The notes under the pieces were generated by a model. The model did not search any database, was not told the origin of the DNA, and saw only the letters and a program-made list of their open reading frames with translations. The position numbers and the translations under genes are program-made. A stretch of DNA of 24,000 nt from an uncultured Zetaproteobacteria bacterium. Its GTDB lineage: Bacteria; Pseudomonadota; Zetaproteobacteria; Mariprofundales; Mariprofundaceae. Where the stretch lies: NCBI GenBank assembly GCA_964501925.1, contig CAZCTM010000023.1, positions 1-24,000 on the forward strand. The letters are read 5' to 3'. Positions 15,383 to 23,657 of this stretch are shown here, in pieces (the first letter of the stretch is position 1; the number at the start of each line of letters is the position of its first letter).

Positions 15383-16800
15383 TGACCATGAACGTGGATA
15401 TATGCGTGATTGGCGCCGGCTCCGGCGGGCTGGCTGTTGCTGCAGGCGCTTCACAAATGGGGGCCACGGTTGCCCTCGTAGAAAAGGGTGAAATGGGGGG
15501 GGATTGCTTGAACACGGGATGTGTTCCATCCAAGTCCCTGCTTGCCGCGGCCCATGTCGCCCAGAGCGCACGTGAGGCCGGGAAATTTGGCCTGGATGTT
15601 TCTGAGCCGAAAACGCGCTGGGACGGCGTGCATGCGCATGTCCACGGGGTGATGGATGCCATCGCACCCAATGACTCTCAGGAGCGGTTCGAGAAGCTCG
15701 GCGTGAACGTCATTCGCGCCAGGGCCGAATTTATCGACCATCGGACCATCCGGGCAGGTGATCAGAGGGTACGCGCCAAATATTTCGTGCTGGCAACCGG
15801 GTCTTCACCGTTTGTTCCACCCATCGAGGGGCTGAAGGACGTTGCTTATTTGACCAATGAGACGATTTTTCACAACAAGGATGCCATCAAGCACCTGATC
15901 GTGATTGGAGGAGGGCCGATCGGGATGGAAATGGCCCAGGCGCATCGACGACTGGGTGCTGAGGTGACTGTCATGGAACTGGCCCGATTGCTGCCAAAGG
16001 ATGACCCCGACCTGAGCAGGATTGTTGTCCGGCGCATGTCCGATGAGGGTGTCCGGTTTTACGAGGGCGGCAGAAATCTGAAACTGGAGAAGAAGACAGA
16101 CGGGATTGTCGCCAGCTGTGAAACGGAGGAAGGGAGAAAACAGGTTCGGGGTTCGCATCTGTTGATCGCAACTGGCAGACGGGCGAATGTCACTGGTCTG
16201 AATCTTGAAGCCGCGGGTATCGTCTTTTCGGACAGGGGCGTGCAGGTGGATGCGCGTCTTCGGACAACCAATAAACGAATTTTTGCCGTGGGCGATGTTG
16301 TCGGTCCTTACCAGTTTACACATATGGCTGCTTATCAGGCAGGTATTGTTATCCGGAATATTCTGTTTCGTCTTCCCGCCAGGGTGGACTATTCGGCCGT
16401 CCCCTGGGTGACCTATACCGATCCGGAACTGGCCCATGTCGGCATGTCACAGGCGGAAGCAGAGGCAAAGGGGCTCGATGTCCGGGTCTTGCACTGGTCT
16501 TTTCGTAAAAACGATCGCGCCCAGGCGGAACGAAGAACAGAGGGGCAGGTCAAGGTCGTCACCACAAAGAGAGGGTTGATCCTGGGTGCCAGCATCGTTG
16601 GTTTGCATGCGGGTGAGCTGATTCAACCCTGGATCCTGGCGGTCAGTGAAAAAATGAAGATCGGCTCCATGGCAAACATGATTTCGCCGTATCCTACACT
16701 GGCAGAGGTCAACAAACGCATTGCAGGCAGCTATTACACGTCCACCCTGTTCGGTGAACGCATGCGGAAACTTGTACGTTTCCTGCTAAGACTCCCCTGA
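15379..16800 (+). CDS. FAD-dependent pyridine nucleotide-disulfide oxidoreductase (Lpd/MerA-like, class I)
   Basis: FAD GxGxxG (VIGAGSGG), redox-active disulfide (GGDCLNTGCVPSK), NAD(P)H site (VIGGGPIGMEMA), and a C-terminal dimerisation domain with SPYPTLAE. Start/stop overlap with the TVP38 gene (GTGA, 15379-15382). No NmerA domain and no C-terminal Cys pair. Confidence 0.9.
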   Translation: MMTMNVDICVIGAGSGGLAVAAGASQMGATVALVEKGEMGGDCLNTGCVPSKSLLAAAHVAQSAREAGKFGLDVSEPKTRWDGVHAHVHGVMDAIAPNDSQERFEKLGVNVIRARAEFIDHRTIRAGDQRVRAKYFVLATGSSPFVPPIEGLKDVAYLTNETIFHNKDAIKHLIVIGGGPIGMEMAQAHRRLGAEVTVMELARLLPKDDPDLSRIVVRRMSDEGVRFYEGGRNLKLEKKTDGIVASCETEEGRKQVRGSHLLIATGRRANVTGLNLEAAGIVFSDRGVQVDARLRTTNKRIFAVGDVVGPYQFTHMAAYQAGIVIRNILFRLPARVDYSAVPWVTYTDPELAHVGMSQAEAEAKGLDVRVLHWSFRKNDRAQAERRTEGQVKVVTTKRGLILGASIVGLHAGELIQPWILAVSEKMKIGSMANMISPYPTLAEVNKRIAGSYYTSTLFGERMRKLVRFLLRLP

Positions 16801-16810
16801 GGCAGCAGCG

Positions 16811-17578
16811 ATGAAAAAGGCCATGCCTACGGCCCTGGTGTTGGGCCTTGTTTTCCTGAAGGTTGGGGGTGTACTGGCTGCAGAACCTGACTGGAGCACC
16901 TATGCTGATCTGCTGCAGCAATATGTTCAGCCGGGTGAAATCGATGGCGTTCATCTGCAGGTTGTGGATTATGAGGCAATCCAGGCTGATCCCGACTGGC
17001 CGAAACTCACCGGTCAACTGGAAGCCTTCTCACCGGAGATGCTTGAAGGGAACAGGGAGAAGATGGCCTTTTACATCAATGCCTACAATATCCTGGCCAT
17101 CAAGGTGGTGCTTGATCACTGGCCCCTGAATGGCATTAAGGATGCTGGCAGTCTGTTTCGGAGCGTGTGGAAAATTCCGGCAGGAAGGATTGGTGGCAGG
17201 GTTGTTACGCTCGATGAAATCGAGCACGGAATCCTGCGTCCCATGAACGATCCAAGAATTCACATGGCCATCGTCTGCGCTTCCGTGAGTTGCCCGGACC
17301 TCCTGGGTGAGCCGTATACAGCCGCGAGACTCGATGAGCAACTGGACAGGCAAAGCATCCGTTTTCTCGAGAACCCCGGCAAGGGCCTGGATATGCGGGG
17401 AGATCATGTGGTTGTGTCAAGGATCTTTGATTGGTTTTCCGGTGATTTTGAGGTCAGCGGGGGTGTTGCGGCCTTTATCAAACGTTATCGCCGTGATCTG
17501 CCCATCGACAGACCCATCAGAGCAGAAATGCCGTACAACTGGGGGCTGAATGGAAAAGCCGGTCACGTTCATCGCTAA
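16811..17578 (+). CDS. Secreted DUF547 domain protein
   Basis: Signal peptide (MKKAMPTALVLGLVFLKVGGVLAA). DUF547-like blocks: AFYINAYNILAIKVVLDHWP, DPRIHMAIVCASVSCPDL, VSRIFDWFSGDF. Confidence 0.8.
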   Translation: MKKAMPTALVLGLVFLKVGGVLAAEPDWSTYADLLQQYVQPGEIDGVHLQVVDYEAIQADPDWPKLTGQLEAFSPEMLEGNREKMAFYINAYNILAIKVVLDHWPLNGIKDAGSLFRSVWKIPAGRIGGRVVTLDEIEHGILRPMNDPRIHMAIVCASVSCPDLLGEPYTAARLDEQLDRQSIRFLENPGKGLDMRGDHVVVSRIFDWFSGDFEVSGGVAAFIKRYRRDLPIDRPIRAEMPYNWGLNGKAGHVHR

Positions 17579-17698
17579 GGCAGCAGTCAACCTGCAAGGC
17601 ATTGGATCCGCATGACAGTAAAATCTTTATTGTGACTTCAACTTGAAACGGATGTGTCATTGCTCAACGATCTATGCAACTCCTCATCTTGGGCTTGA

Positions 17699-17710
17699 TT
17701 GATGCATCAA
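17699..17710. promoter_or_regulatory. Perfect 12-bp palindrome TTGATGCATCAA (candidate operator)
   Basis: Self-complementary sequence in the AT-rich 303-bp intergenic region, about 170 bp upstream of the lipase ATG. Function unknown. Confidence 0.2.
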
Positions 17711-17816
17711 CAACCACCTGCCTGTATTTCCGTAAAGTATTTCCCTGTCCAGCGGTCCTCCTTACCCCGGTCAAGTAATCAGATGTCACATTTTTCCGGA
17801 AGATGCCACTGAAGGC

Positions 17817-17845
17817 TTGCATGGTTACGCAATTAACGGTAATTT
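17817..17845 (+). promoter_or_regulatory. Candidate sigma70-type promoter for the lipase-fadL operon
   Basis: TTGCAT (17817-17822), a 17-nt spacer, then TAATTT (17840-17845), 36 nt upstream of the ATG. GGGGAGGGG RBS at 17871-17879. Pattern match only. Confidence 0.3.
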
Positions 17846-17881
17846 ATTTGTGGTTTAAAAATCATACTAGGGGAGGGGTCG

Positions 17882-19948
17882 ATGTCTGATCGCGTTCGGA
17901 CAGGAATCCTGGCTGGCCTGCTCTTGCTTGGTCTTGCTTCCTGTGATCAACCTGATAACGGGGCACAGGTTGTTGCTGCCAGCAACCCGCCTTTAATTGC
18001 CGAATTTGATCCCGGCAACAGCGTCATTCCGTTTCCAAGCAACCTTCTCTTTACGGGTACGCTGGATGGAACCCTTAACATTCCGTTCCCGCCCGGAACA
18101 ACGCCTGCCGATCCGGCCAATATGCCGATTGTGGCCATGAACACGCTGGATGGCTTTTCGACAATCGCACCGATCAGCACGAAATTTTCTGCTGCTCTGA
18201 ATTCCGCGACAATCCTGCCGGGTCAAACGGTTCGCTTGTTCGAGGTTACGACAAGTGTGCAGGGTGCAGTAACCGGGGTCGTCGCCGAGCTTATTCCGGG
18301 GCTGGATTATTTTGCCCTTGTTTCTCCGACTGATTCCACACAGAAGACACTTGTCATCAAGCCCTTAAGGCCATTGAACAGCAATGCCCAGTATATGGTC
18401 GTGTTGACCAGCGGGATTAAAAGCACGAGCGGGTTTAATGCATCACCATCCACCGTCTTTTCCCTCCTGAAAGGAACGACTCCTCTTGTTGATGTTGCGG
18501 GCAAAACAACGACACCACTGCTCACGGATGCAGAGGCCCAGCAACTTGAACCCTTGCGTCAGCTCACCCAGACCATGCTGCTGGCAGCGGCGGGGCAGGG
18601 GATTCCGCAGTCAAGTGTTGTTCTGACCTGGACGTTCAAGACACAAACACTTGGAACAGTGCTGGCAGCGATCCGGGCCAACAGCCTGTTACTGACTCCA
18701 CCTGCACCAACCGTTGTTGATGCCCCGCCTTCTCCGTTGACGGGGGGGCTGGGTCGCCTGGATATAGCTACGTTTGCGATTGCAAACGGCCTGGACCCTT
18801 TGTTGTTCCCAAATGTGGGTTCGGTTGTGATTGGCGCTGTCCCATTGCCATACTACCTGCAAGCTGCCGCCAATCCTCAGGACACCGCTCCCCTGACCGG
18901 ATTCTTCCAGTTTGCCCCCGGAAGCAGCGTTCCCACCGTCCAGTCTACCCAGACCGTTCCATTTCTTCTGACCACCCCCAACACCCCCGCGCCACCGGGT
19001 GGCTGGCCTGTGGTTATCTTTCAGCATGGCTTTACCGTGGATAAGTCAGTGGTGATGGGTATTGCCAACACCCTGGCGCAGGCGGGATTCGCCACGATTG
19101 CCATTGACAGTGTTCTGCACGGCGACCGGACATTTGGTCTGGATCTGGTGACCGAGATACTGGATCCGATTACCGGCGACTATATCGTGACAGCAGAGGT
19201 TCCCGACGGTGTACCCGATTCGTCGGGAAGACACTACCTTAATCTGGCCAGCTTTCTGACGTTCCGTGACAATATCCGCCAAAGCGTCGCGGACCTGATC
19301 CATCTTACCCGCATGCTTGAGGCCCAGGCAGTGATCGATGTGGTTAACAACACGACCGGTGCTCCTGGGGCGGATGGTTTGACTGACATCTGGAATGCCG
19401 GCTTCAAATTTGTTGGGCACTCCAACGGCGGGATTCTTGGAACCCTTTACATGGCTGTCGAACCATCCGTGACCACGGCTGTGCTGGCCAATCCGGGAGG
19501 AATCTATTCGGATATAGCAAGGAACTCCACGGAGATCAGCCCCCTGGTCCTGGCCGGTCTGGCCGCACAGGGCATTTTCCCCGGAAGCTCGGAATTTGAT
19601 GCATTTTTTGTTGCGGCTCAGACCGTTCTCGATGATGGTGATCCGATCAATTACGGTTCCGCATCGGTGGGAAAGAACATCCTGCTTCAGAAAACCACGC
19701 CGGATGCGGTTGTGCCTAATGCCTCAACGGACGCTCTCATTGGTGTGCTGGGATTGCCCCAGGTTGGTTTTGCCGCCGGGAATTCCCCGTTCCCGGGAAG
19801 CGGTTTTGTCAATCTGATTCAGGGTGATCACAGTTCATTCCTGAGCCCGGCGGCTTCCCTTGCAGCCACAACCGAAATGCAGACGGAGACGGCGATCTTT
19901 TTGACGACCGGTGTGATTCAGACAAATGACCCGCTGGTTGTGGAATAG
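17882..19948 (+). CDS. Lipoprotein lipase/esterase, VolA-like (bacterial virulence-factor lipase N-terminal domain plus alpha/beta hydrolase)
   Basis: Lipobox LLGLASC. The N-terminal block (IPFPSNLLFTGTLDGTLNIP...MNTLDGFSTIAPISTKFS) resembles the Lipase_bact_N family. Hydrolase core: VVIFQHGFTVDKS, with nucleophile elbow GHSNG. Confidence 0.8.
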   Translation: MSDRVRTGILAGLLLLGLASCDQPDNGAQVVAASNPPLIAEFDPGNSVIPFPSNLLFTGTLDGTLNIPFPPGTTPADPANMPIVAMNTLDGFSTIAPISTKFSAALNSATILPGQTVRLFEVTTSVQGAVTGVVAELIPGLDYFALVSPTDSTQKTLVIKPLRPLNSNAQYMVVLTSGIKSTSGFNASPSTVFSLLKGTTPLVDVAGKTTTPLLTDAEAQQLEPLRQLTQTMLLAAAGQGIPQSSVVLTWTFKTQTLGTVLAAIRANSLLLTPPAPTVVDAPPSPLTGGLGRLDIATFAIANGLDPLLFPNVGSVVIGAVPLPYYLQAAANPQDTAPLTGFFQFAPGSSVPTVQSTQTVPFLLTTPNTPAPPGGWPVVIFQHGFTVDKSVVMGIANTLAQAGFATIAIDSVLHGDRTFGLDLVTEILDPITGDYIVTAEVPDGVPDSSGRHYLNLASFLTFRDNIRQSVADLIHLTRMLEAQAVIDVVNNTTGAPGADGLTDIWNAGFKFVGHSNGGILGTLYMAVEPSVTTAVLANPGGIYSDIARNSTEISPLVLAGLAAQGIFPGSSEFDAFFVAAQTVLDDGDPINYGSASVGKNILLQKTTPDAVVPNASTDALIGVLGLPQVGFAAGNSPFPGSGFVNLIQGDHSSFLSPAASLAATTEMQTETAIFLTTGVIQTNDPLVVE

Positions 19949-19954
19949 GGGGAG

Positions 19955-21199
19955 ATGATGAAGCACTTTTTGTTGCGGGCTCTAGGTTTTCTGACGGTAC
20001 TGGTTCTGTTCCAGTCACAGGCCTTCTCGGCCGGCTTCCGGATTCCGGAAGTGGATACAGCCGCCTTTTCCATGTCCAATACCGGGGTGGCGGGTCTGAA
20101 CGATGCGGCGGCCGGCTTCTACAATCCGGCACTTCTGACTGACCTGGAGGGGACCCGGATCTCACTGGGGTCCGTCTTCATTCATCCATCAAACGATACC
20201 ACACCCATTGTCGGCGGGGTTCGCCTGCCGACTGTCAGCCAGAAGAGTCACTGGTTTTATCCCGTTCACGCCCACGTAACTCACCGCTACAATGACCAGT
20301 TTGCGGTTGGCGTTTCTATGACAAATCCGTTCGGTCTCGGTGTTGAATATCCAAACAACTGGGTCTATCGGGAGGACAACATCCTGGCCGATCTCAAGTC
20401 CTTCAACTTTGATCTTTCCATGGCTTTCAGGCCTACCGACAGTTTTTCCGTAGGGGTGGGGCTGGACTATATGCGCTCGACAATCAAGCTGATTCAGGGC
20501 CTGCCGGACCTGACGGCCATTGGTGGTGCTGCGGCACCATCCGTTTTCCTCAGTGGCCTGGGTAGCGGCTGGGGAGGTCGTGCCGGCTTTGCCTACAAGG
20601 TGAGTGAGGAGATCAGCATTGGCGCCACATATCGCTCAGCCATCAATGTGGACTACACGGGAACAGCCAATTTTATGGGGGCTCCCACCGCGCTGTTCCC
20701 GGATCAGGATGTAACGACAGCGATCAAGATGCCAGATATTGCCATGATTGGCATTGCCTGGGACAACGGGACCACGCGGCTTGAATTTGATGTCGACTGG
20801 ACCGGCTGGAGCACCTTTGATCAGCTGGTGATCAATTTCGCCATTGGCACACCGGAAGGGAAACAGAAGGTGAGTCTGAGAAACTGGTCGGATGTATGGG
20901 CATTCCGTCTCGGGGGCGAGCATCATTTTGACGGTTTTGTCCTGAGGGCAGGTGCCTATTATGACCAGACCCCGATTCCTGATACCACCCTGGATGCATT
21001 GCTGCCAGGCGCTGATCGTTACGGGGTTTCTGCCGGTATCGGTTTTGACCTGTTGGGAGGCAAATACGGCAAGGTGGATGTGGGTTACATGCATATCTTC
21101 TTCAAGAACAGGGCCACTTCCGTGAATGTCAATAATGTGAATGCGGATTATTCGAATTCCGCCGACCTTGTCGGAATCACTTACTCCTACGAAATGTGA
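19955..21199 (+). CDS. fadL: Outer membrane long-chain fatty acid/hydrophobic compound transporter, FadL/OMPP1/TodX family
   Basis: Signal peptide ending AFSA, an N-terminal hatch motif (GFRIPEVDTAAFSMSNTGVAGLNDAAAGFYNPALL), alternating beta-strand pattern, and 414 aa. It lies 6 nt downstream of the lipase stop. Confidence 0.85.
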   Translation: MMKHFLLRALGFLTVLVLFQSQAFSAGFRIPEVDTAAFSMSNTGVAGLNDAAAGFYNPALLTDLEGTRISLGSVFIHPSNDTTPIVGGVRLPTVSQKSHWFYPVHAHVTHRYNDQFAVGVSMTNPFGLGVEYPNNWVYREDNILADLKSFNFDLSMAFRPTDSFSVGVGLDYMRSTIKLIQGLPDLTAIGGAAAPSVFLSGLGSGWGGRAGFAYKVSEEISIGATYRSAINVDYTGTANFMGAPTALFPDQDVTTAIKMPDIAMIGIAWDNGTTRLEFDVDWTGWSTFDQLVINFAIGTPEGKQKVSLRNWSDVWAFRLGGEHHFDGFVLRAGAYYDQTPIPDTTLDALLPGADRYGVSAGIGFDLLGGKYGKVDVGYMHIFFKNRATSVNVNNVNADYSNSADLVGITYSYEM

Positions 21200-21213
21200 T
21201 CATTTTGTCCGAA

Positions 21214-21933
21214 TTATAGAAAGTCCTTCGCCTTGTGACTCCATGGACTGTTGGGGTAGTTATGGCGAAGAAGGATTGCTGTATCCCTTGCGTTGCGATC
21301 AAGCTCCAGGGCCTTGTAGGCGGCGGCCAGATAGTAGAGGGCCTCTTCGATGACGGCGGATGTCTGATAATCCTTTAGAACAGTCTGGAACCGATTGGCT
21401 GCCGCCACATACCTGCCACGCTCAAAATAGAATTTTCCGACCTGCAATTCATGCTTGGCCAGCAAGGCGTAAAGTCTCCGCAGGCGATTTCTTGCATCAC
21501 GGGCATATCTGGTATCCGGATATGTTGAAATCAGGTCCTTGAACGAGTCGATGGCTGCCAGGGTTTCTCCCTGATCCTTTTCCGCATCGGACACCTGTCG
21601 ATAATGGGACATGCCCAGCAGGTACTTTGCATAGGCGACATTGGGATGCCTTGGATGACGCTTGGTAAATTCTTCACACAGCGTAATGGCCATAATGTAC
21701 TGCTCAAGCTTGTAGGCCGTATAGGCATGAAGCAGTTCAGCCTGAACCGAGTACTGGCTGTAAGGGTACTTGGCGGGGAACTTTTCCAGGATAAGCGAGG
21801 CATCTTCATAGTAGGCCTTTTCAACCTTGTGTTTTGCCAGCTGGTAGTCCTTCTTGGGATCGCCGCTCAGTCCGCCCGTGCTGGCGCAGGCTGAAAGCAG
21901 TAAAACAAAGGGGATGAAAAGGTATCTGGTCAT
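21214..21933 (-). CDS. bamD: Outer membrane protein assembly factor BamD (YfiO/ComL lipoprotein)
   Basis: Lipobox LLSAC in MTRYLFIPFVLLLSACAS. TPR-like repeats (YARDARNRLRRLYALLAKHELQVGKFYFERGRYVAAANRFQTVLKDY). The track ORF start at 22002 was trimmed to Met at 21933. Confidence 0.85.
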   Translation of the reverse strand: MTRYLFIPFVLLLSACASTGGLSGDPKKDYQLAKHKVEKAYYEDASLILEKFPAKYPYSQYSVQAELLHAYTAYKLEQYIMAITLCEEFTKRHPRHPNVAYAKYLLGMSHYRQVSDAEKDQGETLAAIDSFKDLISTYPDTRYARDARNRLRRLYALLAKHELQVGKFYFERGRYVAAANRFQTVLKDYQTSAVIEEALYYLAAAYKALELDRNARDTAILLRHNYPNSPWSHKAKDFL

Positions 21934-21946
21934 CTGGTCCCCCATC

Positions 21947-22711
21947 CTATGCATCGGAAGGGCACCCGACAATGGCAAGGTGCCGTCCTGTACAACCGCC
22001 ATCCCGGCGGTATGAAAAGAAAAGCCCCGGCTGACAGTGTGTACACATATGAAATCGTTCCATGTGTTCCGAAATCACACCGGCTCTGGAAAGCTGGGTC
22101 ATGTTGATGGCAGCCAAATCGGCGGTATAAGGCCCAAGCTCATTTCCTTCCCTGGACCCACAAAGATGCTTCAATGACAGCCAGACATCCTTGCTGAGGG
22201 TGAAGCAGCACGGTCCGATGCTTGGTCCGAGAGATGCAAGGATGTTTTTTGCCCTTGCCCCCCGTTCGCACATTTCCTGCACGGCTCTTCCTGCCACGTT
22301 CTGGACAGTTCCCCGCCAGCCTGCATGGACTGCGGCCACAATGCCCGTTTCCGGATCAGCAAGCAGAATGGGTACGCAATCCGCAGTCCGGACAGCGACC
22401 GTACGGTTCAGCTCCGTGGAAAGCAGAATGTCCGCCTGTCTGCTGTGGTTCCTCCCGGCGCCACGGCAGATGAGGACGTCTGTGCCGTGCACCTGATCTG
22501 CCTGATGCGGTCGATCATGCAGGCCGGCCTGATCAATCAGGATGGAAAGATTTTTTTCGACATTTTCAGGTCGATCACCAAGATTCTGACCAAGGTTCAG
22601 GGTATCGAAAGGCGCGCTGCTGACACCTCCCGTACGAAGGCTGAACAGGCCCACGAAACCATGTGCCGACAGCAGCCTGCTTTTCCGGAAGATGGTTTCA
22701 GCCACAGGCAT
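21947..22711 (-). CDS. pgeF: Peptidoglycan editing factor PgeF / YfiH (DUF152 laccase-domain purine nucleoside phosphorylase family)
   Basis: Family motifs: GGVSSAPFDTLNLG, QVHGTDV, TADCVPILL, HAGWRGT, GPCCF. The start was trimmed to Met at 22711 (MPVAETIF...), which overlaps the rluD end by 14 nt. Confidence 0.85.
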   Translation of the reverse strand: MPVAETIFRKSRLLSAHGFVGLFSLRTGGVSSAPFDTLNLGQNLGDRPENVEKNLSILIDQAGLHDRPHQADQVHGTDVLICRGAGRNHSRQADILLSTELNRTVAVRTADCVPILLADPETGIVAAVHAGWRGTVQNVAGRAVQEMCERGARAKNILASLGPSIGPCCFTLSKDVWLSLKHLCGSREGNELGPYTADLAAINMTQLSRAGVISEHMERFHMCTHCQPGLFFSYRRDGGCTGRHLAIVGCPSDA

Positions 22712-23654
22712 CTTCAAGACTCTCCGAGAGCCTTTGCAAGTCATCGGGCAGGGGAGCCCTGCACAAGATGGACTGACTTGTGACGGGATGAGTGAACCCC
22801 AGAATTTCGGCATGCAGGGCCTGATGATCCAGGGCGATGATCGCCTCAGCCACCCTCGCGTTGATATGCTTGCCGGGTTTGTAGGCACGGCTGTAGGTCG
22901 GATCCCCCAGAATGGGGAGGTGAAGGTGGCTTAGATGGACGCGAATCTGATGTGTTCTTCCCGTATGCAGATTAAGACGAAGCCGGCTGAACTCCCCATA
23001 ACGCCGATCAACGTGAATGTCCGTGCAAGCTGCTTTTCCAGCGTTTCGGACACTCATTTTCTGGCGCAGGTGTGGGTGCCGGCCAATGGGCAAGTCAACC
23101 CGTTTCCGGTTCCATGGCGGAGAGCCGCGCACCCAGGCGATATACTGCCGCTCAATCCGGTGGTTCCGGAACATGTCAAGCAGTGCCTGATGGGCGACCA
23201 GGCTTTTTGCCACGACAAGGCTTCCCGATGTCCCCTTATCCAGCCTGTGAACAATGCCGGGTCTGTGAACACCGTTAATCACGGGAAGGTCCGGGCAGTG
23301 GTGGATCAGTGCATGCACCAGAGTGCCCGTACCGTGTCCATGCGAAGGATGCACGACCATCCCGGCGGGCTTGTTAAGGATGAGGAGATGATCGTCTTCG
23401 AACAGGATATCCAGGGGGATATTTTCAGGAGACAGGCTCAGGTCAGCTGTTTCCGGAATCTGGAGGATATAACGCTCCCCCAGCCGGGCCTTGGCGGACG
23501 GTTTGGACCTGCCCGGGATGTCACCGTGGATGCAATGCTGGCTGAAGAGCTGGTGCAGGCGGCTGCGGGAGAGGCCGGAAAGTTCAGCCAGGGCCTTGTC
23601 GAGACGTTGACCATGATGCTCATGATCAATGATGATTTCGATACGATGTTGCAG
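22698..23654 (-). CDS. rluD: 23S rRNA pseudouridine synthase RluD (RluA family) with S4 domain; non-canonical start
   Basis: Catalytic motif HRLDKGTSGSLVVAKS and RluD-like body. My manual translation upstream of the track start (Met 23360) continues in frame with an S4 domain (GQRLDKALAELSGLSRSRLHQLF...IPLDILFEDDHLLILNKPAGMVVHP) up to a TAG at 23658-23660. There is no ATG/GTG/TTG in that stretch. The 5' end is provisionally set at CTG 23654. Confidence 0.8.
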   Translation of the reverse strand: MQHRIEIIIDHEHHGQRLDKALAELSGLSRSRLHQLFSQHCIHGDIPGRSKPSAKARLGERYILQIPETADLSLSPENIPLDILFEDDHLLILNKPAGMVVHPSHGHGTGTLVHALIHHCPDLPVINGVHRPGIVHRLDKGTSGSLVVAKSLVAHQALLDMFRNHRIERQYIAWVRGSPPWNRKRVDLPIGRHPHLRQKMSVRNAGKAACTDIHVDRRYGEFSRLRLNLHTGRTHQIRVHLSHLHLPILGDPTYSRAYKPGKHINARVAEAIIALDHQALHAEILGFTHPVTSQSILCRAPLPDDLQRLSESLEDACG

Positions 23655-23657
23655 TGC

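Noticed and set aside
15379-16800. Calling the flavoprotein mercuric reductase (merA) or lipoamide dehydrogenase (lpdA).
   Set aside because: It has no NmerA/HMA domain, no C-terminal Cys pair and no mer operon genes. The Lpd/GR catalytic His is replaced by Tyr, and no E1/E2 genes are nearby. I kept it as a generic class I flavoprotein disulfide reductase.
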